Positions 48,127 through 57,013 of a stretch of 64,000 nucleotides of DNA are shown here, piece by piece; position 1 is the stretch's first letter, and the number at the start of each line of letters is the position of its first letter. This DNA comes from Acidobacteriota bacterium (GTDB lineage: Bacteria > Acidobacteriota > UBA6911 > RPQK01 > JAJDTT01): assembly GCA_965217775.1 (NCBI GenBank), contig CBDCJH010000002.1:6016001-6080000 (forward strand), given 5' to 3'. A program made the translations under genes and the position numbers. The notes under the pieces were generated by a model. That model did not search any database. It had not been told where the DNA came from and worked only from the letters and a program-made list of their open reading frames with translations.

Positions 48127-49098
48127 GTGAAGCCACGTTCATTGGTCTGCCTTCTGATTCCCCTGGGCCTCGCGGCCGTGGTGCCGCACGCTTTCGCCAC
48201 CGCTGACGATCTCTCTTGCGCGGACAAGTCCGTCGCCGCCGGCGCCGTTCGCACTCGGGACGACATTCGGGCCTTCGTTCAATGCGCCTATGAATACACC
48301 CTCGAAGTCGGCACCGAAGCCGCCCGGCGGGCCTTTAACGAAGAAGAGCGCTGGAAGAGTGGACCGATCTACGTCTTCGTCGCCGTCGGGACGCCCGGAG
48401 ACGAGCGACTGGTCGTCTTCCCACCCGCCCCCTTGAGGGAAGGACTTCAGTTGGGACCGCTGGTCGACGTCTTCGGCAACGAATTCTTCCGTGAAGGAGC
48501 GCGTATCGTCGGCGATTTCGGAGAGGGATGGCTGTACTACTCGTTCTCGAATCCGGTGACGGGCCGGGACGAGCCGAAGGCTTCCTACATCAAGTCGATC
48601 GACTGGGGCGGAACCGCCGCAGCCATCGGCGCGGGTGTCTACCTGAGTGACATTCCCGTGACCTGCCTGAGGGACGAGGTCAATGCCATTCGGCTGGCTG
48701 CCGAGCCCTCCGATGAGAGGCTGCAGGAATTCGTCCGCTGCGCCGCCATGGAGCTGGAAACGATGGGGTATTTCGGCTCCGTCGGGCTGTCCTCGGACCC
48801 CCGCTGGAGACAGGACTCGATCTACCTGTTCGGCGTGGATGCCAACGGCAATACTTTGTTCAGCGGCGATCCGTACCGCCGGGGCGGTTGGGCTTCGGGG
48901 GGAGCCGATTCCGAGTTGACGTCGCTCGGCGATCGGGACGATTTGAGCGTGGCCGTGGCCTTCGGCGAAACCTTCCTCTACTACCGGACGCAAAATCCCG
49001 CCATCGGACTGGACCAGCGGAAGGTGGTCTTCGTCAAGCGGGTGGTGGTCTACGGACTGCCGATCCTGATCGGCTCCGGTTATTTCCTGGATGAGTGA
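48127..49098 (+). CDS. Secreted double-Cache-domain protein, paralogue 3
   Basis: Same architecture; GGAGGA RBS. Confidence 0.8.
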   Translation: MKPRSLVCLLIPLGLAAVVPHAFATADDLSCADKSVAAGAVRTRDDIRAFVQCAYEYTLEVGTEAARRAFNEEERWKSGPIYVFVAVGTPGDERLVVFPPAPLREGLQLGPLVDVFGNEFFREGARIVGDFGEGWLYYSFSNPVTGRDEPKASYIKSIDWGGTAAAIGAGVYLSDIPVTCLRDEVNAIRLAAEPSDERLQEFVRCAAMELETMGYFGSVGLSSDPRWRQDSIYLFGVDANGNTLFSGDPYRRGGWASGGADSELTSLGDRDDLSVAVAFGETFLYYRTQNPAIGLDQRKVVFVKRVVVYGLPILIGSGYFLDE

Positions 49099-49468
49099 GA
49101 CGACTTCCGGCTCCCGTCCGTCACCGCGTCACTGAGAATACGTCGAACAGGACGTTGCCGTGCAGTGCTTGTCCGGCTCCACTGCCAAGTCTGCCGGAGA
49201 GCGGATTTTCGGGGCGAGCGCTTCCGTGTGACATGTGCGTGATCGCCAGGGTGCTGGAATTCAAAAAATAATCATGCTATTGCTTGAAACAAGCGGATGG
49301 CCGTACTCATGTCCGAGTCGGCGTCCATTGTCCCTCGATCACTGGCGAGGCTGGCTTCATGCGTGCTCATGGAGCGCATTTCGTGCCCGTTCTCACCCCT
49401 CGCGGGTTCCCTATTCTCGTCTGCCGTTGCGTGAGTCAACTCTGCGGTGAGATTGGAGGTTTGTCGCA

Positions 49469-50449
49469 ATGAAAAGACATGGACTTTCCTGTTTCCTGGT
49501 TCTCTCGACCTTAATTGTCGCCATTCAGGGTGTCAGCTTCGCTCAGACTCGGACTTGCGCCGAAAACTCCGTCGTCGCCAGCGCCATTCGCACGCCGGAA
49601 GACGTTCAAGCTTTCGTCCAGTGCGCCTACGAGTTGGTCCAGGAAGTGGGCTTCGAGGCGGCCCGGCGGGCTTTCCACGAAGAGGAGCGTTGGCAGAGCG
49701 GCCCCTACTACATCTTCGTCGACGAAATGACGCCGATCTCCGAAGAGAGTCGAGCGTTCGTCTTTCCTCCCGACACTTCGAGGGAGGGGCAGCAATGGGG
49801 CCTGCTGATCGACGCGTTCGGCAACGACCTCATTCAGGAGTTCTATCGTCTTGCGACCACCTTCGGCGGGGGCTGGACCTACTATTCCTTCAGAAACCCG
49901 GCGACCGGATACGATGAGCCCAAGGCCTCCTTTTTCAAGGCCATCGACTGGGACGGGATTCCCGCTGCCATCGGCGCCGGGATCTACCGCCGGGACGTCG
50001 CCGGCACCTGCAGGAGGGAGGAGGTCAACGCCATGGGCTTGGCCTCCGAACCGTCCATCCAGAGGTTGACCGAATTCGTCCGTTGCGCCGCCATGGAAGT
50101 GGAGTCGATGGGGTACTTCGCCTCCATCAGCCTGTCCTCGGACCCGCGTTGGCGGCGGGACTCGATCTATGTCTTCGGTGTGGACGGCAACGGCAACACC
50201 CTGTTCAGCGGGGACCCGTACCGCTGGGGCGGCTGGACCTTGGGAGGAGCCGATTCCGAGCTGACCTCGCTGAGCGATCGGGACGACTTGAGTATCGCCA
50301 ACGCTTTCGGCGAAACCTTCCTCTACTACGAGACGCGCAATCCCTCCACCGGGATGCAGCAGCGGAAGGTGGTCTTCGTCAAGAGGGTGGTCACCTATGG
50401 TCTGCCGATCCTGATCGGCTCCGGCTACTATCTCGCGGACGAGGAATAG
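49469..50449 (+). CDS. Secreted double-Cache-domain protein, paralogue 4
   Basis: Same architecture; GGAGGT RBS. Confidence 0.8.
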   Translation: MKRHGLSCFLVLSTLIVAIQGVSFAQTRTCAENSVVASAIRTPEDVQAFVQCAYELVQEVGFEAARRAFHEEERWQSGPYYIFVDEMTPISEESRAFVFPPDTSREGQQWGLLIDAFGNDLIQEFYRLATTFGGGWTYYSFRNPATGYDEPKASFFKAIDWDGIPAAIGAGIYRRDVAGTCRREEVNAMGLASEPSIQRLTEFVRCAAMEVESMGYFASISLSSDPRWRRDSIYVFGVDGNGNTLFSGDPYRWGGWTLGGADSELTSLSDRDDLSIANAFGETFLYYETRNPSTGMQQRKVVFVKRVVTYGLPILIGSGYYLADEE

Positions 50450-50502
50450 GATCGGCCGGAACGGGCTCAAGACGGGTTTTGCCGGACACTCCTGATTCGG
50501 GA

Positions 50503-52011
50503 TCAGTCCATGGCGTCTTTGGCCGTCTTCAACAGCTCCACCGCCTTCGTTGCGATAGCGTCTCCCGCGGGCCGGGCGAACGGAGCACGCCGCATGTAGC
50601 GGTAGGAGGCCGACATGTACTCGCCGTCCCCCACGTCCCGGCTGGTGCCGATGTAGCCTAGATATCCGTTGCTGTAGGCGGCGGGAATGGTCATGGCGAA
50701 GGGACTCTGCCGCCGGATCTGTTTCCCGATTCCGGAAAAGGCCTCGCACGGGATGGTCACCACCGCCACGTCGCCCAAGACGATGGCTTGCAGGGGAACG
50801 GGCAGGGAATCGGGCAGGGCCGTACCGTTTTTCTGAACCTCCAAAGCCCAGTCGGTCCATCTCAGCAGCGGCCGGGCCAGGTTCTTCCGGTATTTCATCT
50901 TCATGGTCGAGGAGAAGTTGTAGCCCAGGACCCGGAGCGTGTCGGGGTCGCCCGCCTCGGTGCGCCGCTGAAAATCCATCAGGTCCCGCCGCTCCTGCCG
51001 GAGCTTCTCAGGCGGCGGAAGGGGAGCATACGGAACCTGTGCCGTACCCCAGGCCAGGGCCAGCGCGGACTCGGAATTGGCCCGGGTTCCGGAGGAGGCT
51101 CGAATCAAAGTGCCTCCCAGTCGCCGTCCGGCGGCCCGGGCCCTTTCGGGACCGTCGAACATTCCCTTGACGTTGATGTCTCCCGCACAGCCCTGGAGAA
51201 AGAACCCCACGGGCCGCCGGGGGTGAAACGATTCCACCAGGTCCAGAATGGACCAACCCGAGAAATCGGGGTTGATCACCGGTTCTTCCAGGTTGTAGGA
51301 GGCCACCGGGTGGCCCGTGAAGTGTCCCATCAGGGCCAGCGGCGTGCCGTCGGGGCGATCGAAGCGAAGCAGCGAGGCCAGGGGATCGTTGGCGCCCTCG
51401 AAGTCGCCCAGCAGGATCCGGTCCTCTTCCCGCATGAAGTAGGTGGACCCGTCGGGACGGACGCCTTTGCGGTTGTAGGTGATGGAGGGTTCTTCCGCAG
51501 TCGCCCAGGAGAGCTTGGCCGGCTCGAAGCCGGCCTCCAGGGAGCGGGCGGCCTCCCGGAGATTCCTGAAGAATCGCTTGCCGAAGCCCCGGACGTTTCT
51601 CCTCAATCCGCCGAGGGTGACGATGGAGTGATTATGGGTCGCGGAGGCGATGGTCTGCTCCTGGGGAATGCCCAGACCCCGGGCCAGAAAACGCCTCCCC
51701 TCGTGCCAGATGTTGTAATCGCTGTTGACCCAGCCCAGGGTCAGCCTCCCTTGCCGGAGGGCCAGGAGACGGGTCTCCATGGGACCCTCGATCTTGCGAA
51801 CCACCGGATTGACACCGAGGGTTGGAGACGGGACACCTGTGGGCGGGGTGCAGTCGAAGCGGAGCGCGGAGATCTCCAGCTTCCCTCGCCCCACGACCAC
51901 CTGATCGGCTGCGGGTTTCCCCCACGTATGCCGCGGGAAGGGCAACAGGGAGGCTCCCAGACCCACCAGAAAGTGACGCCGGTTGGCGCCTCTTCTTCTG
52001 ACTCTTCTCAT
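50503..52011 (-). CDS. Tat-exported neutral/alkaline ceramidase-like protein
   Basis: NRRHFL signal; ATHNHS, GHP, QGCAGDIN, PCEAF. Confidence 0.7.
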   Translation of the reverse strand: MRRVRRRGANRRHFLVGLGASLLPFPRHTWGKPAADQVVVGRGKLEISALRFDCTPPTGVPSPTLGVNPVVRKIEGPMETRLLALRQGRLTLGWVNSDYNIWHEGRRFLARGLGIPQEQTIASATHNHSIVTLGGLRRNVRGFGKRFFRNLREAARSLEAGFEPAKLSWATAEEPSITYNRKGVRPDGSTYFMREEDRILLGDFEGANDPLASLLRFDRPDGTPLALMGHFTGHPVASYNLEEPVINPDFSGWSILDLVESFHPRRPVGFFLQGCAGDINVKGMFDGPERARAAGRRLGGTLIRASSGTRANSESALALAWGTAQVPYAPLPPPEKLRQERRDLMDFQRRTEAGDPDTLRVLGYNFSSTMKMKYRKNLARPLLRWTDWALEVQKNGTALPDSLPVPLQAIVLGDVAVVTIPCEAFSGIGKQIRRQSPFAMTIPAAYSNGYLGYIGTSRDVGDGEYMSASYRYMRRAPFARPAGDAIATKAVELLKTAKDAMD

Positions 52012-52069
52012 AGCCGGGTTATTCCGCTTCGGCACGGGATAACGGGATCCTCGGCGGGAGCAGTCGCGC

Positions 52070-52852
52070 CTACCAAAGGGTGTAGCCTCCATCGATGACG
52101 ATGCTGGCGCCCGTCACGTAGCGGGAAGCGTCGCAGGCCAGATAGACGGCCAAGGGGCCCAGATCCTCGGGTTGCCCGAAGCCGCCCATGGGAATGTGGG
52201 CCATGAAGGTCTTGATCACCTGGGGGTGTTCCTTGGACCAGCGGATGTTGGGCTCGGTCATGAAGCCGCCGGGACAAATGGCGTTGGCCGTGATGCCGTG
52301 GGGCGCCCAGTCGGCGGCCACGGCCCGGGTGAAGTGGATCACGGCCGCCTTGGAGGTCTCGTAGTGACGGCCACCGATGTCGCGGGCCACGATCAGTCCG
52401 TTGATGGACGCGTTGTTGATGATGCGTCCCCCCTGGCCCCGGCTCACCATGGCCCCGCCGATGATCTTGGTGCACAGGAAGGTGCTGGTCAGATTCAGAT
52501 CGATGAGGCGTCGCCATTGCTCCAGGGTCATCTCCGTGGTGGGGATGTTCTCGCGGCGTCCTCCCACGTTGTTGATGAGGATGTCGATGGGGCCGTGATC
52601 CCTGAGAGCCGTCTCGCAGGCCCGTTCGCAATCCTCCATGTCGCCGATGTCGGCCTGGATCGGGAACGCCTCCCGTCCCAGGTTCCTCAGATCTCCTGCC
52701 GTCCGCTCCAGGGATGCGGCATCCCGCCCCACCAGAATCACATCGGCGCCGGCCTCGGCGATGGCCAAGGCCATCTCGCGCCCCAGCCCCCGGCTGCCGC
52801 CGGTGATGAACATCCTCTTTCCCGTCAATCGAAACCGGTCGAATACGCTCAT
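52070..52852 (-). CDS. Short-chain dehydrogenase/reductase
   Basis: TGGSRGLG, YETSK, DGG. Confidence 0.95.
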   Translation of the reverse strand: MSVFDRFRLTGKRMFITGGSRGLGREMALAIAEAGADVILVGRDAASLERTAGDLRNLGREAFPIQADIGDMEDCERACETALRDHGPIDILINNVGGRRENIPTTEMTLEQWRRLIDLNLTSTFLCTKIIGGAMVSRGQGGRIINNASINGLIVARDIGGRHYETSKAAVIHFTRAVAADWAPHGITANAICPGGFMTEPNIRWSKEHPQVIKTFMAHIPMGGFGQPEDLGPLAVYLACDASRYVTGASIVIDGGYTLW

Positions 52853-52906
52853 TTCGCCATTCCCCGTCCGGAGTTCGGCGGTTGGAAACCGCCGCTCCCC
52901 TCTTTC

Positions 52907-53932
52907 CTATCCCCCGTGCGCATCTCGCCAGTCGAACACCATGTTCATCATGGTCTTGTCCCGGTGGTAGGCCATCTCGTAGGCCTCCACCATGCGAGTG
53001 TAGTGGAGCCGGTGGGTGACGAGGCGTTTGGGTTCCAGCAGCCCGTCGGCCATCAGCGTGAAGAGGTGAGCCCGGTGCCGCGTCTGTTGGACGTCGCCGT
53101 CGGCTCCGGGGAAGAGGTCGGGATCCTTGCCGGAGACGGCGATGAGTGAGATCCCCTTGATGTAGAAGAGCTGCATGGAGAGGGGGTTGAACTCCAGGTT
53201 TTCTTCTCCACGGCCCAACAGGCTGACGATGGAGACACGGCCGCCGTCCCGGACGATCTCCACGGCGGTTCGATAGGCGGGCCACGGGTTCGCCGTCAGG
53301 ATGACCAGATCGATGCCGCGGCCGCCGCTGAACTCGTCCAGCTTCGCGCCCAGATCCGGGTCGTCGCTGCTGAAGAGCCCGTGGGCCCCCATGCGCTGGG
53401 CCATCTCCAGGCGCAGGTCGCTGTTGCCGATGGCGGCAGTGCGCGCCCCGTAAAGAGGCCCGATGGCGACGGCGCCCAGGCCCAGCGTCCCCAGACCGAC
53501 TACGGCCACGGTTTCGCCCGGACGCAAGAGCCCCTTGTGATAGCAATGGGCGCTCAGGGAATAGAGATTTCCGAAGACGGCGTCCTCGGGGTGAACGCCG
53601 TCCGGGACCTTGACCAGGAAGCCCTCAGCCGGAGCGCAGATGTATTCCGACTGGTGATGCATCTGGGACAGGACCCGGTCTCCCACCTGAAACCCGGTGA
53701 CGTTGGAGCCGGTGCCCCGAATCTCGCCCAGGTTGCTGTCTCCAACCCAGCGGGGATACACGGGAGCTCCGGGGACGTCCTCGGCCCCTTCGTAATTGCC
53801 GCGGTCGGTCCCGATCTTGAACCCGGTCACGATGGTCCGGACCCAAACCTCGTCCGGCGCCAGATTCGAGGGGTCGAGCTCGTGGTCTTCGATCCGGAGG
53901 TCCCGGGGGCCGTGCAGGATGGCGATCTTCAT
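52907..53932 (-). CDS. MDR-family alcohol dehydrogenase-like protein
   Basis: VGDRV and GLGTLG; lacks classical Zn ligands. Confidence 0.85.
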   Translation of the reverse strand: MKIAILHGPRDLRIEDHELDPSNLAPDEVWVRTIVTGFKIGTDRGNYEGAEDVPGAPVYPRWVGDSNLGEIRGTGSNVTGFQVGDRVLSQMHHQSEYICAPAEGFLVKVPDGVHPEDAVFGNLYSLSAHCYHKGLLRPGETVAVVGLGTLGLGAVAIGPLYGARTAAIGNSDLRLEMAQRMGAHGLFSSDDPDLGAKLDEFSGGRGIDLVILTANPWPAYRTAVEIVRDGGRVSIVSLLGRGEENLEFNPLSMQLFYIKGISLIAVSGKDPDLFPGADGDVQQTRHRAHLFTLMADGLLEPKRLVTHRLHYTRMVEAYEMAYHRDKTMMNMVFDWRDAHGG

Positions 53933-54094
53933 CTGGACTTGCTCCTGGTTGGTCTGTGAGTCTCGGTGCGAATCGGGACTGTTACGTTACCAGCCCCTGG
54001 CGACTTTTGCCACGGTCCGAAAGGACGAAAAGGAGAGGCGGGATTTCATCTCACGACTACCATGCGAAGACGATCGGCATTATCCTGGAAGAAG

Positions 54095-54697
54095 ATGAAG
54101 GGGAAGCAGATTCGACGCAGAGACGCCCTCAAGACCATGGCTGTGGGTTCCTCCGGCCTGGTGCAACTGGCCGCGTCGGCGCCGGTTGCGGGATCCCTCC
54201 CGAAACTGGCCGCGGCGGCTGCTCAGGGTGCGGCCGAGACTTGGAAAACCCGCTTTCTGACGCCGGAACAGGCGGAGCTTTTGGCCACGCTGGCCGAGCT
54301 CATCATCCCGGAAACCGACACCCCGGGGGCCAGAAACGCCCGGGTCCATGAGCATATCGATCTGGTCTTGAGCCACGAGACCAAGGAGGTCCAGCAGGAA
54401 TTTCGGAAGGGACTCGCGGAAGTCGATCGGCTCAGCCGCAACCGGCACCAAGAAGCGTTTGTCCGGCTTTCCCCGCAGGATCAAGAGGCGCTCCTGGGCC
54501 GGCTTGCGGATCCGGAAGCGGATCCCCCTGGGGGAGTCGTGGGCCAGCGCTTCTTCCGGGACCTGCGCCGGAGAACCGTGTTTGCCTACTACACATCCCG
54601 GGAGGGGATCCACCAGGAATTGAAGTACCAGGGAAAGCAGGTGTTGGCGGAATGGGAGGGTTGTCCCCATCCCGGCCATCACGGGGACGAGGCGTAG
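54095..54697 (+). CDS. Gluconate 2-dehydrogenase subunit 3 family (Tat)
   Basis: RRRDALK, IIPETDTPGA, YYTS. Confidence 0.88.
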   Translation: MKGKQIRRRDALKTMAVGSSGLVQLAASAPVAGSLPKLAAAAAQGAAETWKTRFLTPEQAELLATLAELIIPETDTPGARNARVHEHIDLVLSHETKEVQQEFRKGLAEVDRLSRNRHQEAFVRLSPQDQEALLGRLADPEADPPGGVVGQRFFRDLRRRTVFAYYTSREGIHQELKYQGKQVLAEWEGCPHPGHHGDEA

Positions 54698-54721
54698 CCC
54701 GTCCGCTCGCGAGGTTTTGCA

Positions 54722-56407
54722 ATGGCCCAACATGAATACGACGTCCTGGTCGTGGGCAGTGGAGCCGCCGGAGGCATGGCGGCCAAGGTCCTGACGGAGC
54801 ACGGGTTGGAGGTGCTGGTGCTGGAGGCCGGTCCTCCCATCAAGAACACTGACTTCCTGACCCACGCCATGCCCTACGATTTCCGTTTTCGGGGACGGGG
54901 CAATCCCGAAGTCATCCGGAAGGACGGCTGGCTGGCGGCAAGGGAGCAGACTCCATTCTCAGGCTACTACACCAAGGAGAGCGAGCATCCCTATACGAAT
55001 GCTCCGACGAGTGGTCCGCAAAAGCCCTACAAATGGACGGGCCGTTCCCGGATTCTGGGGGGACGGACCCTGCACTGGGGCCGGCAGTCCTTCCGCCTGG
55101 GCGAGTTCGACTTCAAGGCGGCGAGCATCGACGGCTACGGGGTGGACTGGCCCTTCACCTACGCCGACCTGGCGCCCTATTACGACAGGGTCGAGGACTA
55201 CGTGGGGATCCAGGGGTTCAAGGAAGGCCTTTCCCAGATTCCCGACGGCCGATTCCTGCCTCCCTTCGCCTACAACTGCTTCGAGCGTCTGATGCGCAAG
55301 GCGGCGGCCCGGAAGGGTTGGCGCCTGACAGCGCTCAGAACGGCCCAATTGAGCCGTTACCACCGGGGACGGCCGCCGTGTCACTATTGTGGCAGCTGCG
55401 GCTCCGGGTGCGACGTGGGAGCCTTTTTCTCCAGCATCGCCGTCACCCTCCCCGACGCCGCCAAGACGGGAAAGCTGACCCTGCTGACCGACGCCGTCGT
55501 CCGGGAGGTGGTGGTGGACAAGGAGGGCCGGGTCCGGGGCGTCTCCTATATCGACCGGAAGAGCAAAGTGGAGCGGAAGGTTCACGCCCAAGTGGTGGTG
55601 CTGGCCGCCGGCACGCTGGAATCGACCCGCATCCTGCTCAATTCGGTTTCCCGTTTCCACCCTCGGGGCATGGCCAACGGCAGCGGCGTCCTGGGCCATT
55701 ACCTGACCGATCACTTCACTGCCGGTCAGGTGATCGGAGTCCTGCCCGAACTGGTGGGATCGAAAATCCGCAACGACGACGGCAAAGCCAACGGCTCCTA
55801 CATTCCCAGGTACAGCAATCTGGGAAGCCGCCATCCCAAGTTCATTCGCGGCTACGGGATCATGGTCAAAGGGGGCAGCGGCGTCTTCCCGGGGCACGCC
55901 GACCTGATCGGAGGCTTCGGCGCCGGTTACAAGAAACGGATCAAGGAATTGCACCCGGCGGTGGTCCGGGTCTACGCCCGGGGGGAGCCGCTGCAGATCT
56001 TCGACAGCTACGTGGAGATCGACACGGACGTGGTGGACGCGTGGGGAATCCCGGTCCTGAAGTTCCATTACAAGAGGACCGACAACGACTACGACATGCT
56101 GGAGGACGCCTTTCAGAATCTACAGGAGCTCATGCATGAGGCGGGAGCAGAGATCCTCCGCGAGGACAAGTCCCTGAGCGCTCCCGGGCGGATCATCCAC
56201 GAAATGGGCACCACCAGAATGGGCGACAATCCGCGAACCAGCGTCCTGAACCAGTTCTGCCAGGCCCACGAGATTTCGAACCTTTTCGTCATGGACGGCG
56301 GCTGCTGGCCCAGCTCCGCCTGCCAGAACCCGACCGAAACCATTCTGGCGATCGCCTGGCGGTCCAGCGACTATCTGGCCGAGCAGTTCCGGAGGGGTGA
56401 GTTCTGA
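54722..56407 (+). CDS. GMC family flavin oxidoreductase
   Basis: GSGAAGG, GGRTLHW, HEMGTTRMG, QNPT. Confidence 0.93.
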   Translation: MAQHEYDVLVVGSGAAGGMAAKVLTEHGLEVLVLEAGPPIKNTDFLTHAMPYDFRFRGRGNPEVIRKDGWLAAREQTPFSGYYTKESEHPYTNAPTSGPQKPYKWTGRSRILGGRTLHWGRQSFRLGEFDFKAASIDGYGVDWPFTYADLAPYYDRVEDYVGIQGFKEGLSQIPDGRFLPPFAYNCFERLMRKAAARKGWRLTALRTAQLSRYHRGRPPCHYCGSCGSGCDVGAFFSSIAVTLPDAAKTGKLTLLTDAVVREVVVDKEGRVRGVSYIDRKSKVERKVHAQVVVLAAGTLESTRILLNSVSRFHPRGMANGSGVLGHYLTDHFTAGQVIGVLPELVGSKIRNDDGKANGSYIPRYSNLGSRHPKFIRGYGIMVKGGSGVFPGHADLIGGFGAGYKKRIKELHPAVVRVYARGEPLQIFDSYVEIDTDVVDAWGIPVLKFHYKRTDNDYDMLEDAFQNLQELMHEAGAEILREDKSLSAPGRIIHEMGTTRMGDNPRTSVLNQFCQAHEISNLFVMDGGCWPSSACQNPTETILAIAWRSSDYLAEQFRRGEF

Positions 56408-56489
56408 ATCCCGGCGGTTATCCTGCCGCGGTCCGTCAGTTCACCATCCCGTGGCTGTCGTCCGGACCCGCATCCGGCGGATGATGCCT

Positions 56490-56615
56490 CGTGATGGGGA
56501 TCGTCAGTGCGACTTTCGCTCCGGCGGCGGGAGAAGCGATCTTCAGACTCCCTCTTTCTCCGTAACAGAGGCGGAGGCGGCGCCGTACGTTTCTCAGGCC
56601 GTGGGCGCCGTTTGG
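56490..56615 (-). pseudogene. C-terminal scrap of a LytS/YehU-type histidine kinase
   Basis: HGLRNVRRRLRLCYGERGSLKI...VALTIP. Confidence 0.65.
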
Positions 56616-56644
56616 TGGACCCGACGGCGGGAGACCCGGCCCGG

Positions 56645-56966
56645 TGCCAAGCTGGTGGCTCGCCGCGGGTTGGACTACTACCTGTTGGACCTGGACGACG
56701 TGTACGCGCTGCAGGCCGACGGAGAAATCGTCCGGATTCTCACCGCACGAAGGAAATACCGGGCCGTGCACAGTCTGGGCCGTCTCGAGGAGCGCCTTCG
56801 GGGCACCCAGTTTCAACGGGTTCACAGGAGCGTGCTGGTGAACACGAATCGGATCCGCAGGCTGAGTACTCTGAGCAGCCGCCGGTGGCTGCTGACGCTG
56901 ACCAACGGTCTCGAATTCATCGTCAGCAAGCGCCGGGCGCCGCTGGTGAGGAATCTGCTTTTGTAG
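56645..56966 (+). pseudogene. LytTR DNA-binding domain lacking its receiver domain
   Basis: LEERL..FQRVHRSVLVN..VSKR. Confidence 0.75.
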
Positions 56967-57013
56967 CGATGAGTGGGATGTAGAGGGGGGACTACGGTCC
57001 CCCCTGACCCCCC

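Noticed and set aside
46087-50449. Diversity-generating retroelement or recent gene conversion in the Cache paralogues
   Set aside because: Differences are not adenine-specific and are mostly synonymous; no reverse transcriptase or template repeat
50464-50477. 14-bp intergenic match to the reverse complement of 63481-63494
   Set aside because: Too short to distinguish from chance
53991-54015. Possible collapsed remnant of the 158-bp element (CAGCCCCTGG-CGACTTTTGCCACGG)
   Set aside because: Only ~15 bp match and no target duplication; too short to support
56984-57013. G/C hairpin resembling 24921-24952
   Set aside because: Low-complexity stem between convergent genes; could be a terminator but unsupported
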